A stretch of DNA of 64,000 bases. Source: Bdellovibrionales bacterium. Its GTDB lineage: Bacteria; Bdellovibrionota; Bdellovibrionia; Bdellovibrionales; JAMPXM01. Position numbers and translations under genes: made by a program. This document shows positions 18,412 to 27,644 of this stretch, one piece after another. Each line of letters begins with the position of its first letter. Position 1 is the first letter of the stretch. Under the pieces are notes generated by a model. It was not told the origin of the DNA. It made no database searches and saw nothing but the letters and a program-made list of their open reading frames with translations. Location: the NCBI GenBank assembly GCA_043739185.1, contig JAYUEN010000286.1:1-64000 (forward strand), given 5' to 3'.

Positions 18412-19299
18412 CTAATCCGCGCAATCGCCGACTGGAATTGTAATGAGATTATTTATAGCAATGGCGCTTGTTGTCTGAGTATTCGCATTTACAAATTGTC
18501 CCTTGCCTACACTCGCCATATTTTGCAAGGTATTTGCGGCTGTTGGATCATTGATGGTTCCGTAATAAACCGCACTGAAATAAATGCGTCCTGATGCAAG
18601 ATTTGAAATATCCGATATCGCGGCATTGATACTTGGGAAATCTACACTTCCGTCACTCATAAGAGCATCACTTGGATATCCATCAGATAAAAAAATGATT
18701 TCATACAATGGCGCCAGTATTCCTGAGGCAACTAAACCAGAATCATTTGAGACAACAGATTTAGCGTAATTCAAAGCCGCAATATAGGGCGTGCCGCCCT
18801 GATCGGTATCAGAGCCAAAGCTAGATATTGCAGACTGCATGGCAATACTATCGCCAAAGCTAGGCATAGAGTTTTTCATAATATAGGACTGAGCGCTACT
18901 TCCGGAAAATGTCAGAAAGCCCCAAGAAAACATTGAGCTTGCTTGATTGGCATTGAAGAATGTTGAAATCGATCCTCCGCGAAAACTCTTTTTTGGGTCA
19001 GTCGGAGGTGCACAACCTGAAAGGTCGGCAGTTGCACAATCTTTTGTTCCTTGATTTTGAGTTTCTTTAACATTTGAGCCTGAAGCATCCACTACAAACA
19101 ATACTTTAATAGGAGACTTTACCTTTGCAATGCTACAAGTCCCACCACCTGCAATTGCGACATCTCCCCCCCAAGCCAAAATATGAGTGGTATTTGGAGT
19201 ACTACTAAAATTAACGCCTGAACAGTTTTGAAAAAATTCAAATGTCAAAAAGAGCACCGTAAAAAGCGTTAGTTTTTTCAAAATAGATTGGGCTCTCAA
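18412..19299 (-). CDS. VWA-domain lipoprotein (FQNC-type signal)
   Basis: TTG start with GAGGAG RBS; FFQNC; MIDAS residues VDASGS, GGTPY, FLSDG. Confidence 0.85.
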   Translation of the reverse strand: MRAQSILKKLTLFTVLFLTFEFFQNCSGVNFSSTPNTTHILAWGGDVAIAGGGTCSIAKVKSPIKVLFVVDASGSNVKETQNQGTKDCATADLSGCAPPTDPKKSFRGGSISTFFNANQASSMFSWGFLTFSGSSAQSYIMKNSMPSFGDSIAMQSAISSFGSDTDQGGTPYIAALNYAKSVVSNDSGLVASGILAPLYEIIFLSDGYPSDALMSDGSVDFPSINAAISDISNLASGRIYFSAVYYGTINDPTAANTLQNMASVGKGQFVNANTQTTSAIAINNLITIPVGDCAD

Positions 19300-19341
19300 A
19301 TTTGCTCCTCACCTTTGAAAAGTACTTTCATATCAATATGG

Positions 19342-19357
19342 AGCAATATTCGTGCAG
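19342..19357 (-). promoter_or_regulatory. Variant sigma54-like promoter
   Basis: CTGCACGAATATTGCT: GCAC-N5-TTGCT intact but -25 G replaced by T; GC 44 nt before the start. Confidence 0.4.
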
Positions 19358-19422
19358 GCTAAGAATGTTCTGAGGGAAGATGGCTGAATATGAATCACAT
19401 TTATGTTATGGATCTGAACTAA

Positions 19423-19454
19423 ATCTCATAGTGAGATTGATCTCATTTTGAGAC
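19423..19454. promoter_or_regulatory. Tandem palindromic sites ATCTCA-TAG-TGAGAT and ATCTCA-TTT-TGAGAC
   Basis: Two 15-bp dyads at 19423-19437 and 19440-19454 upstream of the VWA lipoprotein gene. Confidence 0.65.
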
Positions 19455-19566
19455 ACCGAATTAATTGCAGGCCTCCGGGCCATATATTTTATGAAGCTTT
19501 GGGCCGGCAAGCGAAGTATTCTTGAGAGCCGCGCAAATTGTCAGGCTTAAATGTGTCGCAAAGATC

Positions 19567-20370
19567 TTAGGAAGTCATTGAAAGACCCTGGTTCACGGCA
19601 ATTGTTTGACCCGTAATTCCCGAACCAAGAGGGCTTGCAAGAAATGAAACCAAATTGGCAATTCGTTCTGAATCCATAAGTTGAGCCTCAGGAATTTTCT
19701 TCTGCGCAATTTCAAGTGATGCTTGAAGACTTTTTGATTCTGGCGATTGCGCCAATAAAAATTCTTCACTCAAACCACTGGCTACACAATTGACCGTAAT
19801 ATTACTGGCCTGAAATTCCCGGGCAAGTGATTTTGCAAAATGAATGAGGCCTGTTCGCGTGGCCGCTAACAATGAGTTTTGTGCCAAACCCATTCGCAGT
19901 AAATCTGGAAGAAGATAAATAACTCTGCCGCGCTTTCGACTTTCGAGAAACTTAAATGCGGATTGCGTAAAAAATATCGGCGCTCTCAAATTCACTTCAA
20001 TGAGCGTCTCAAGACTTTCATGAAGTTTTATGTCCTTAAAGTTTTCAATTTTATTGGCGCTCGAATTATCAATAAGGATATCCACTCCACCAAAGCTTTC
20101 GGCTACTTTTGAAATGGCATCTTGATAATTTGAAATTTTGCTAAAATCTGTTTTGATCGCGACGGCTTTACCATATTTATCATTCACCTCGTGATTATTC
20201 ATGAGCTGCTCACAGTATTTTTGGGCGCGATCGATATTGGTGTTAAGGAAGGCTACGTCAGTTCCTAACTGAGTGAGCTTGCGACCAATGGCTTGATTGA
20301 TGCTTTCACACTCACCAGTAATTATGGCCGTGCGATCTTGTAGTCGAAACGAATTCTCAACCAACTCCAT
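19567..20370 (-). CDS. FabG-like SDR-fold protein with degenerate catalytic motifs
   Basis: SDR pattern (FGGVDILIDN, NITVNCVASG, ITGQTIAVNQG) but TGECESIN replaces TGxxxGIG and LAATR replaces YxxxK. Confidence 0.8.
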   Translation of the reverse strand: MELVENSFRLQDRTAIITGECESINQAIGRKLTQLGTDVAFLNTNIDRAQKYCEQLMNNHEVNDKYGKAVAIKTDFSKISNYQDAISKVAESFGGVDILIDNSSANKIENFKDIKLHESLETLIEVNLRAPIFFTQSAFKFLESRKRGRVIYLLPDLLRMGLAQNSLLAATRTGLIHFAKSLAREFQASNITVNCVASGLSEEFLLAQSPESKSLQASLEIAQKKIPEAQLMDSERIANLVSFLASPLGSGITGQTIAVNQGLSMTS

Positions 20371-20382
20371 CGATTTCCTTTT

Positions 20383-21567
20383 TTAAGTTGAACGCTCAAT
20401 TATTATAGCGATTCCTTGACCACCACCTATGCAAGCACTGCCCACTGCAAATTGCGCATTTCTCCTGCCGAGCTCATACATCAAATGATTCATGATTCGC
20501 GTTCCACTTGCGGCTAATGGATGCCCAATTGCAATCGCGCCACCATTGACGTTGGTTCGCGTTCGATCGAGACCCAATTCTTTTTCGACTGATAAAAACT
20601 GTGCGGCAAAGGCTTCATTCACTTCTATAAGATCCATTTGTTTTAAGCTCATATTTGCATTTACAAGAGCCTTTTTTATGGCTCCCACAGGGCCAATCCC
20701 CATAATCTTGGGATCACAGCCGACCGAAGCCCAGCTCACTAATTTTGCGAGAGGCTTTAAACCTCGCTTTTTAGCTTCGCTTTCAGTCATAAGAATACTA
20801 GCCGCGGCACCATCAACAATTCCTGAAGCAGTAGCGGCGGTCACACGACCATTCTCTTTAAAAAGCGCTTTTAGATTTTTAATTTTTTCAAGCGGCACAT
20901 CTGGCTTTGGATGTTCATCTAAAGTGATCTGCAAAGTCCCTTTTTTATTTGTAACTTCGACTGCCGCTATTTCGTCTTTAAAATAAGATTTTTTCAAAGC
21001 TTCCGCGCATCTCGTTTGCGAAAGAAAAGAATATTCGTCGCAAGCATTTCTCGAAATATCATATTTTTCAGCCAAGTTTTCAGCCGTGATGGCCATTGGC
21101 ATTTTGGCATAGGCATCGGTTAAGGCTGAAGTCATATAATCTTCAACCTGAACATTGCCCATACGGTAGCCTTCAAATCTTGCTCCCCTTAATACATAGG
21201 GAATTTGCGACATCTGTTCGGTGCCGCCTGCTAAAACGATATTGGCCTCGCCAGTTAAAATCATTTGAGCTGCACTTACCCAGGCTTGAAAGCCGCTGCC
21301 ACAAAGTCGATTGAGCCCAAGTGCGGGAGTGCCCTCTGAAATTCCGAGATGAAGGCCAATGTGCCGAGGAACATAGGCCGCATCGGCTCCGCTCTGCACG
21401 ACGTTTCCGAAAACCACATGATCAATATCTGTAGCTTTGATATGAGCTTGTTCGATTGCCTTTTTACTAGCTGCTACTGCAAGCGTGGTAGCTGAAACAT
21501 CTTTCAATGATCCACCAAAAGCACCGAACGCAGTTCTCTGGCCAGAAACAATGACAATTTTTTCCAT
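20383..21567 (-). CDS. Thiolase (acetyl-CoA C-acyltransferase)
   Basis: NRLCGSG, EVNEAFA, NVNGGAIAIGHPLAASG, ACIGGGQG. Confidence 0.95.
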   Translation of the reverse strand: MEKIVIVSGQRTAFGAFGGSLKDVSATTLAVAASKKAIEQAHIKATDIDHVVFGNVVQSGADAAYVPRHIGLHLGISEGTPALGLNRLCGSGFQAWVSAAQMILTGEANIVLAGGTEQMSQIPYVLRGARFEGYRMGNVQVEDYMTSALTDAYAKMPMAITAENLAEKYDISRNACDEYSFLSQTRCAEALKKSYFKDEIAAVEVTNKKGTLQITLDEHPKPDVPLEKIKNLKALFKENGRVTAATASGIVDGAAASILMTESEAKKRGLKPLAKLVSWASVGCDPKIMGIGPVGAIKKALVNANMSLKQMDLIEVNEAFAAQFLSVEKELGLDRTRTNVNGGAIAIGHPLAASGTRIMNHLMYELGRRNAQFAVGSACIGGGQGIAIIIERST

Positions 21568-21667
21568 AAAATCCCCCAGTTGGTCTTCACTAGACTAAGT
21601 GGTCCATTGAAACTCGTCAATCACGCGTTGAAAATGCCGCTAATCTGGATCAAATTTAAGTTGTACA

Positions 21668-21778
21668 TTTTAGGGCGTGTCCTATAAAAGTGAATTTTGA
21701 ATCAGGTCGAGGCGCAGGAAGGCAGCTCAATTTAACCGACGCTGCGCCGACAAAATTGATTTTAGATTGGCACTAAAA
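21668..21778. repeat. Nested inverted-repeat element (MITE/REP-like remnant or structured leader) before purD
   Basis: TTTTAGGGC/GCACTAAAA (8/9), AATTTT/AAAATT, GTC/GAC and GGCGCAG/CTGCGCC form nested stems. Confidence 0.45.
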
Positions 21779-23029
21779 ATGAATTTTTTAATTATTGGGT
21801 CTGGCGGCAGAGAACATGCTATCGCAAAAGCACTTCGCCAATCGAAAATCCTTTCAGAGCTGTATGCAATTCCAGGTAGTGACGGCATCTCTGAAATTGC
21901 AATTTGTCAAAATATCTCGATTCAAAATCATGCGGCGATTAAAAGCTTTTGCTTTGAAAAAAAAATTACATGCGTTTTGATTGGCCCTGAAATTCCTTTA
22001 GCAGAAGGCCTCAGTGATTCACTAAGAGCTGCGAGCCTTCTTGTCTTTGGACCAAGCCAAATAGCAGCCGAGCTTGAATCGAGTAAAATTATTTCTAAAG
22101 ATTTTATGCTGAGTGCGAAAATTCCGACTGCTCGCTCTTGGGTTGTAAGTTCAGTTCAAGAGGTCGAAAGTGCAGCCTTGCAAACGAAGGCCCCATTTGT
22201 TTTGAAAGCAGATGGCCTTGCGGCGGGAAAAGGTGTTTTTATTTGCAAAGACAATACGAGCCTTTTAAAAGCCGCGCGCGAACTATTCGAAGATCGCATC
22301 TTAGGGGCTGCAGGCGATAAAGCTTTACTCGAAGAATTCACTTCTGGATATGAGTTGAGTTATCTTGTTTTAACAAATGGCAAGGATTACGAATCTCTAC
22401 CCTTGGCTCAAGATCACAAGAGATTACGCGATCTCGACGAAGGTCCTAATACTGGGGGAATGGGCACAACTGCTCCAATGCAAGTCAATCCAGAGCTTGA
22501 TCTTCAAATTAGAAAATTAGTTTTAGATCCTACGATGCTTGAATTGCAGAAGAAGAATTTATTCTATCGTGGAGTGCTCTTTGTAGGCCTTATGATAACT
22601 CCATCCGGACCGAGCGTCTTAGAGTTTAATACCCGTTTCGGCGACCCAGAAACTCAAGTTATTCTGCCACTTCTGAACGGAGATTGGGCCGAAGTCATGC
22701 TCAATGTTTCGAAAGGAATTGTGCCAAAATTAAACTGGCAACGAGATCTTTTCGCAACCTGCATCGTCTTAGCTGCTGAAAATTATCCTGAAAATCCGAA
22801 AAAGGATGTCCCAATCGAAGGACTGATGCCTGGCAATGACAGCCAATACTTTCTGCATGCGGGAACGCGCAAGAATGGTCAAGGCGAGTGGTTTACAAAT
22901 GGGGGGCGGGTCCTCAATGCCGTAGGTATTGCTCCGACCAGAACGCAGTCTCGAGAAAAAGCCTATCAATTTGCTCAAAAGATCAAATCTGAAGGAATGC
23001 ACTTTAGAAGAGATATTGGTAAGACTTAA
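21779..23029 (+). CDS. purD: Phosphoribosylamine--glycine ligase
   Basis: IGSGGREHA, KADGLAAGKGV, QDHKR, GPNTGGMG, EFNTRFGDPETQ, TNGGRVL. Confidence 0.97.
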   Translation: MNFLIIGSGGREHAIAKALRQSKILSELYAIPGSDGISEIAICQNISIQNHAAIKSFCFEKKITCVLIGPEIPLAEGLSDSLRAASLLVFGPSQIAAELESSKIISKDFMLSAKIPTARSWVVSSVQEVESAALQTKAPFVLKADGLAAGKGVFICKDNTSLLKAARELFEDRILGAAGDKALLEEFTSGYELSYLVLTNGKDYESLPLAQDHKRLRDLDEGPNTGGMGTTAPMQVNPELDLQIRKLVLDPTMLELQKKNLFYRGVLFVGLMITPSGPSVLEFNTRFGDPETQVILPLLNGDWAEVMLNVSKGIVPKLNWQRDLFATCIVLAAENYPENPKKDVPIEGLMPGNDSQYFLHAGTRKNGQGEWFTNGGRVLNAVGIAPTRTQSREKAYQFAQKIKSEGMHFRRDIGKT

Positions 23030-23038
23030 AGTCTCGTA

Positions 23039-23641
23039 TTAAAATCCAAGCTTCAAACTCACAACATCGCGTTGATCATTCGGATTGCTAATGTGATTGT
23101 ATGCAAGCTTCACGTTGCTGGTAATTTTTCGAAAGACCTCAAGATTCACTTCTGAAGTCGATGCGCTAAATGAAAGCTGGGCATTGGTATAGCCGGTATA
23201 ATCAATAACTGCTTTCCCCTGAGTCGCTTGCATATTGAATTTAATATTGTGTTGAATCGCATTTGGAGACGATCCCACAATAGTTACGTCTTGTTGCATT
23301 TTCTTTTCAACCTGATGCGAAGTTTTACCTATGTCCGTCGATTTAAAAGATTCTGAATTGAAATAAGCTTGCATACTTTTATCAGCAATATGAGACGCCA
23401 CTTGCCCACCACTTGCCGAAGCTGGAATATCAGTAGGAATCAAGCGAGAGACATCATCATAAGAGATTCCATCCGGAAATATCTGTGCAACTCGACTAAA
23501 ATCGATACCTGTCTCAGAATAAGAACTTGAAACTATACTTAGATCAAGGCCAACGCCTCGATCATGGCGCGGAATACTTGCAAAAATCTGGGCTGCCAGA
23601 AATTGTGTCGCTATAATTGTACTTATTAACTTAAGTCGCAT
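23039..23641 (-). CDS. Hypothetical secreted protein, possibly with C-terminal beta-strands
   Basis: Signal peptide ending IFA; alternating pattern in the C-terminal half; ends LKLGF. Confidence 0.75.
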   Translation of the reverse strand: MRLKLISTIIATQFLAAQIFASIPRHDRGVGLDLSIVSSSYSETGIDFSRVAQIFPDGISYDDVSRLIPTDIPASASGGQVASHIADKSMQAYFNSESFKSTDIGKTSHQVEKKMQQDVTIVGSSPNAIQHNIKFNMQATQGKAVIDYTGYTNAQLSFSASTSEVNLEVFRKITSNVKLAYNHISNPNDQRDVVSLKLGF

Positions 23642-23669
23642 TCAGCACCTTGCCTTTATTGTATATAAG

Positions 23670-23685
23670 AGCAAAGCAAGTGCCA
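23670..23685 (-). promoter_or_regulatory. Sigma54 -24/-12 promoter
   Basis: TGGCACTTGCTTTGCT, an exact TGGCAC-N5-TTGCW match; GC 30 nt before ATG 23641. Confidence 0.75.
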
Positions 23686-23893
23686 CTGGACACTGGTCTA
23701 AGTATTGATTCTCCCTCAAAGAATGTCGCCAGTGACGGTAAAGGGCTGAACAGCTGTCTTTAATATTTACAGAATCTTTTGAATCGAAATGTCTCAATCT
23801 AATACAATTCTTCTGTCGCCAACAATATTACTTAAGTACGTATTCGGAAAGCTTCCTATTGTATCGATTAGAATCAACGAGGTAGTTCAATTT

Positions 23894-24013
23894 ATGAATC
23901 ATTTTTACAAACTCTTTCTAAGTTCTCGAATTCGCAATAGCTTCTTTGTAGTCTTAGCCGTGCTTTTTGTTTCTTTTGGCTTTCAAAACTGCGGACAATT
24001 GGGTGCGGGTTGA
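23894..24013 (+). pseudogene. Truncated FQNC-type lipoprotein gene
   Basis: GAGGT RBS, ATG 23894, full signal ...LFVSFGFQNC, then only GQLGAG before TGA. Confidence 0.55.
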
Positions 24014-24139
24014 CCCTTTGATATGGAATATTACCTCGACGGCTTGGCCTCAGCTGCTTTGGCTGAGCCATTTGAAGCCTTAAAGTCCACTTACAATTCT
24101 TTACTTATGCAGTGCGCCTCCAAAACTAAGCAGGTACAT

Positions 24140-25546
24140 TTAGGCGGATGCTTCTGGTGGGGGCCGCAAACCTTTCTTTTTGATTTTTTCAACCAAGGTG
24201 GTGCGATTGAGCTTCAAAAGAGTGGCAGCTTGGTTGCGATTCCAGCCGGTGCGTTCGAGTGCTTGCATAATCAAAGCATTTTCGTAGGCATCGACAGCAG
24301 AATTGAAATCCATTCCCAATTCGGGCAGAGCGAGACCGAGATTCATACCCGAATTTAATTCGTCTGAAATTTTATATTGTTCTGGTAGATCAATCACATC
24401 AATTTGACCTTCGCCTTTTAAAATTGCCAAACGCTCAACCAAATTTTCAAGTTCGCGAATATTTCCTGGCCAGGCATATTCAAACAAAGCTTTGAGAGCT
24501 TCGGTTGTAATGCCGGTGATATTTCGATTTTTAGTTTTATTAAAGTGACTAATAAAATGTTGAAGCAAGATTGGAATATCTGAGCGCCTCTGCTTCAAAG
24601 CCGGAATTTGTATTGGGATCACATTTAAACGGTAAAACAAATCTTCGCGAAATTGCCCCTTGGCCACTGCCTTCTCTAGATTGACATTGGTAGCGGCGAT
24701 GACACGAACTTCGGCGTTTTGAGTTTTCGCGCTGCCGACGGGTTCAAATTTTCGCTCTTGCAATACCCGCAACAATTTCACTTGTAGAGAAAGGCTGAGT
24801 TCGCCAATTTCATCTAAAAAAATTGTTCCACCACTAGCGAGCTCAAAGCGCCCGATTCGATTGGCCACAGCGCCAGTGAAAGCTCCCTTGATATGGCCAA
24901 ACAATTCACTTTCAAGCAATTCACTTGGAATGGCTCCGCAGTTAATTGGCACAAAGGCTTTATTGGCGCGATTCGAATTGTAGTGAATGGCTTTGGCTAC
25001 AAGTTCTTTTCCGGTTCCACTTTCGCCGGCGATTAAAACGGTCGAATCGGAATCTGCCACGCGCTCAACCATTTGCAGAACTCTGCGGATCTCATCACTT
25101 TGCCCGATGATATTATCAAAACGATATTTTTTAGAAAGTGCAGAGCGCAACTGTAGATTTTCCTGCTGAAGATTTTTATGGGCTAGAGCTCTGCCTACCA
25201 AACTATTGAGTTCTTCCATATTGAATGGCTTGGGCACAAAGTGAAAGGCTCCACATTGGGTGGCCCGCACCGCAGTTTCAATGGTTCCAAAGCCCGTCAA
25301 AATAATGACTTGGATATTGGGATGAATGGCTTTCAAGGTTTGCATCAATTCAATGCCGTCACCATCTGGTAACTTCAAATCTATGAGTGCAAGATCTATT
25401 GCCAATTCGCTTTGTGATAGCTGCTCCGCCTCTTTACGATTGGTCGCGGTAATAACTTGATAGCCTTGGCGATCCAAAATTCTAAAAAGTGCAGTTCGCA
25501 GCGAAGACTCATCATCTACAACTAGTATTCTTTGCAGCTTCATCAA
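24140..25546 (-). CDS. Sigma54-dependent response regulator (REC-AAA+-Fis HTH), FleQ/NtrC-like
   Basis: ILVVDDE, DLKLP, GESGTGKE, ESELFGH, intact GAFTGA, FLDEIG, WPGNIRELEN, LNRTTLVEK. Confidence 0.95.
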   Translation of the reverse strand: MMKLQRILVVDDESSLRTALFRILDRQGYQVITATNRKEAEQLSQSELAIDLALIDLKLPDGDGIELMQTLKAIHPNIQVIILTGFGTIETAVRATQCGAFHFVPKPFNMEELNSLVGRALAHKNLQQENLQLRSALSKKYRFDNIIGQSDEIRRVLQMVERVADSDSTVLIAGESGTGKELVAKAIHYNSNRANKAFVPINCGAIPSELLESELFGHIKGAFTGAVANRIGRFELASGGTIFLDEIGELSLSLQVKLLRVLQERKFEPVGSAKTQNAEVRVIAATNVNLEKAVAKGQFREDLFYRLNVIPIQIPALKQRRSDIPILLQHFISHFNKTKNRNITGITTEALKALFEYAWPGNIRELENLVERLAILKGEGQIDVIDLPEQYKISDELNSGMNLGLALPELGMDFNSAVDAYENALIMQALERTGWNRNQAATLLKLNRTTLVEKIKKKGLRPPPEASA

Positions 25547-25624
25547 AGCGTCCCTTCCTGGGGTTCAGGACTTCCATCAAAGAAATCCTCTTAAGTACCT
25601 TTTTATAGTAATTGATTTTTTGGC

Positions 25625-25654
25625 GCCGTCAAAGTGGGCCGTCAAAAAATTGGT
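25625..25654. promoter_or_regulatory. GCCGTCAAA direct repeat and FleQ-box-like GTCAAAAAATTGGT upstream of the regulator
   Basis: GCCGTCAAA at 25625 and 25638; each gives a minus-strand TTGACG (-35-like). Confidence 0.4.
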
Positions 25655-25739
25655 CCTAGAGCGGGTTTCAGGCCATCTAGTTTTCGGCTTCGAAAGAGCT
25701 CAGAAAAAAATAAACTCACTGAAAAACGATGACAAGTGC

Positions 25740-27644
25740 CTAAGATCGCAGAGTTTCAGCGGCGTCTGGGGCTTTTTTGGGCAGGGAAATCTTTGCCAGG
25801 ATCTGATGATCGTCGGGGGTCAAAAATTCAAGCTCGCCGCCATTTTCGCGGATTACATCGAAAGCCATCCCCAGACCTGTGTCGTCTTTGGTCTCAATAC
25901 TTGGGTTCGGGCTTTTAGCAGGCAGAAATGTTTTTTTATTTATAAACTGAATTTCAATAATATATTTGTGAATATCTGAAAGAAGCTTAAGAGTAATCTC
26001 GCCTTTGAAGAGGGCGGCGCCATTTTCTTCTGATTTAAAGGTGTTCATGCCTTGATTCATAATTTCTTGCAGAGCTTGAGACAAAAACGTACTCCGCCCA
26101 TAAATGATTGTCTCCTCATCCAGCATTTCGGTATGTATAACCAAGCCTTGAGATCTTGTTTGAATCTCAATTATCTTGAGCACTTGAAAGATCATCTTCT
26201 TGAGATCAATTTTACCGTAGTCTTCAAGACCGGATTTGCGAGTAAAGCCAAGCAAATTCTGAATAATATCCTTACAGCGAATCGCACCCTTTTCCATTTC
26301 GACAATATCAGAATAAAAACTCTCATCCCCTTTCAGATCCATTTTTATAAGTTGCAGAAAGGAAATGATCCCGCCGATGGGGTTGTTGAGTTCGTGAGCG
26401 ATGCTACTACCAATGATTCCGAGCTCGGCTATTTTTGCACTTTCGACGATTTGTCTTTCAAATCTTAGTCTTGTGCTTATGTCTTTGTATATATTGACAT
26501 AAACTGATTTGGTTTGATTCGGCAAGTTTACATTTTGACTAAAAACCTCAAATACAGAATTTTGCCCGCCTTGAGTTCTCAAAGGATCCAGCCGGAAACT
26601 ATTTCCGAGTCTACAGTTTCGGCAAGGCCGCTTTTTACCTAAGAAAATCTCATAGCATTTTCGACCGATAATTTCATTGGGTTCGGAATTACTTTGATCG
26701 GCAAAAGTCTTGTTCACTCGCAAAACTTTATAGTTTTCATCAATTAGGCTGACGGGTTGCAAAATGGCATCGAAGGTTGCATCCCACTCTTGCTTAAAAA
26801 TTTCAGATTGCTCTAATTTCGTCAGCCTATCGATGGCAAGTGAAACGGCCTTGATAACCTTTCCTAAAAATGAAATCTCATCACGTTGAAAGGGTAGGTT
26901 GAGGTCACGAATGAAATAAATGAATCCAAAAATTTGCTGTTCACTCATGATGGGAGCTTTATGCAAAGAAAACTGAGTGAATTGTTGCTCGTGAATATTG
27001 GCAAAATTTTTGAAAAAAATGCGAGTTGAAATAAGCGAGAGTGTTTCTTTCAAAGCTTCATTCAAAAGACTTTCTAGCTCTGCAATAGAGTTGGCACGGT
27101 GAACGGCAAAAAGACAAAGATGCAAAGATTGTTGGCGCTTATTTGTAAGCAGTAGCTTGCGCCTGCTCTCTTCGAGAAGTTGTTGTCGCTTTTCGACGCG
27201 GATCTCGAGTTCTTGTGATATCTTTTTTAAATTTTCATTTTGTTCATTTACTAACTCAACCAACTTAAGGTTTTGTTGATCCAAATCATATTCAGCAAGT
27301 GCTCCTTGAACACTCAATTCAAATTCTTCAGGTAAAAAGTCCGGCAAAATTCTAAAAAGATTCCTTTGATTGATAATAGTCGCTAAAATTTTACTCGACT
27401 CAAGAGTGCTCCAATCATGAATGAGAATTTTCTGACTATTTTTCAATTTTTCTTCAATGATCAAGAGATACTTTAGATTTTCACTCTTTTTAAAAATATG
27501 TGTGGGATAAATTACGACACGGTAATGGTGCGTCTCTAAACTTTTTTGTAGTTCCGAAAGATCTTCAAGAAACTCTGCGCCGAATTGCACTTGGCTGGGC
27601 TCCGGATGCGAAATAATCAATACGCTTGGTTTTAAAGTCGACAT
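25740..27644 (-). CDS. Cytoplasmic sensor histidine kinase-like protein (coiled coil, GAF-like, PAS, HisKA, degenerate HATPase)
   Basis: EWDATFDAI/GRKCY PAS, H-box IAHELNNPIG, LLGFTR, TGLG; no clear N or G1 box. Confidence 0.85.
   Translation of the reverse strand: MSTLKPSVLIISHPEPSQVQFGAEFLEDLSELQKSLETHHYRVVIYPTHIFKKSENLKYLLIIEEKLKNSQKILIHDWSTLESSKILATIINQRNLFRILPDFLPEEFELSVQGALAEYDLDQQNLKLVELVNEQNENLKKISQELEIRVEKRQQLLEESRRKLLLTNKRQQSLHLCLFAVHRANSIAELESLLNEALKETLSLISTRIFFKNFANIHEQQFTQFSLHKAPIMSEQQIFGFIYFIRDLNLPFQRDEISFLGKVIKAVSLAIDRLTKLEQSEIFKQEWDATFDAILQPVSLIDENYKVLRVNKTFADQSNSEPNEIIGRKCYEIFLGKKRPCRNCRLGNSFRLDPLRTQGGQNSVFEVFSQNVNLPNQTKSVYVNIYKDISTRLRFERQIVESAKIAELGIIGSSIAHELNNPIGGIISFLQLIKMDLKGDESFYSDIVEMEKGAIRCKDIIQNLLGFTRKSGLEDYGKIDLKKMIFQVLKIIEIQTRSQGLVIHTEMLDEETIIYGRSTFLSQALQEIMNQGMNTFKSEENGAALFKGEITLKLLSDIHKYIIEIQFINKKTFLPAKSPNPSIETKDDTGLGMAFDVIRENGGELEFLTPDDHQILAKISLPKKAPDAAETLRS

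Noticed and set aside
21570..21610. TAGACTA-AG-TGGTCCA before the thiolase as a FadR/GntR operator
   Set aside because: Only 5/7 dyad symmetry; within chance.
21668..21778. ZTP or purine riboswitch before purD
   Set aside because: I could not find the conserved cores by eye; needs an Rfam scan.
24011..24358. Selenocysteine readthrough or separate 111-aa ORF
   Set aside because: No SECIS-like context recognised, and the frame runs about 220 bp antisense into the conserved regulator.
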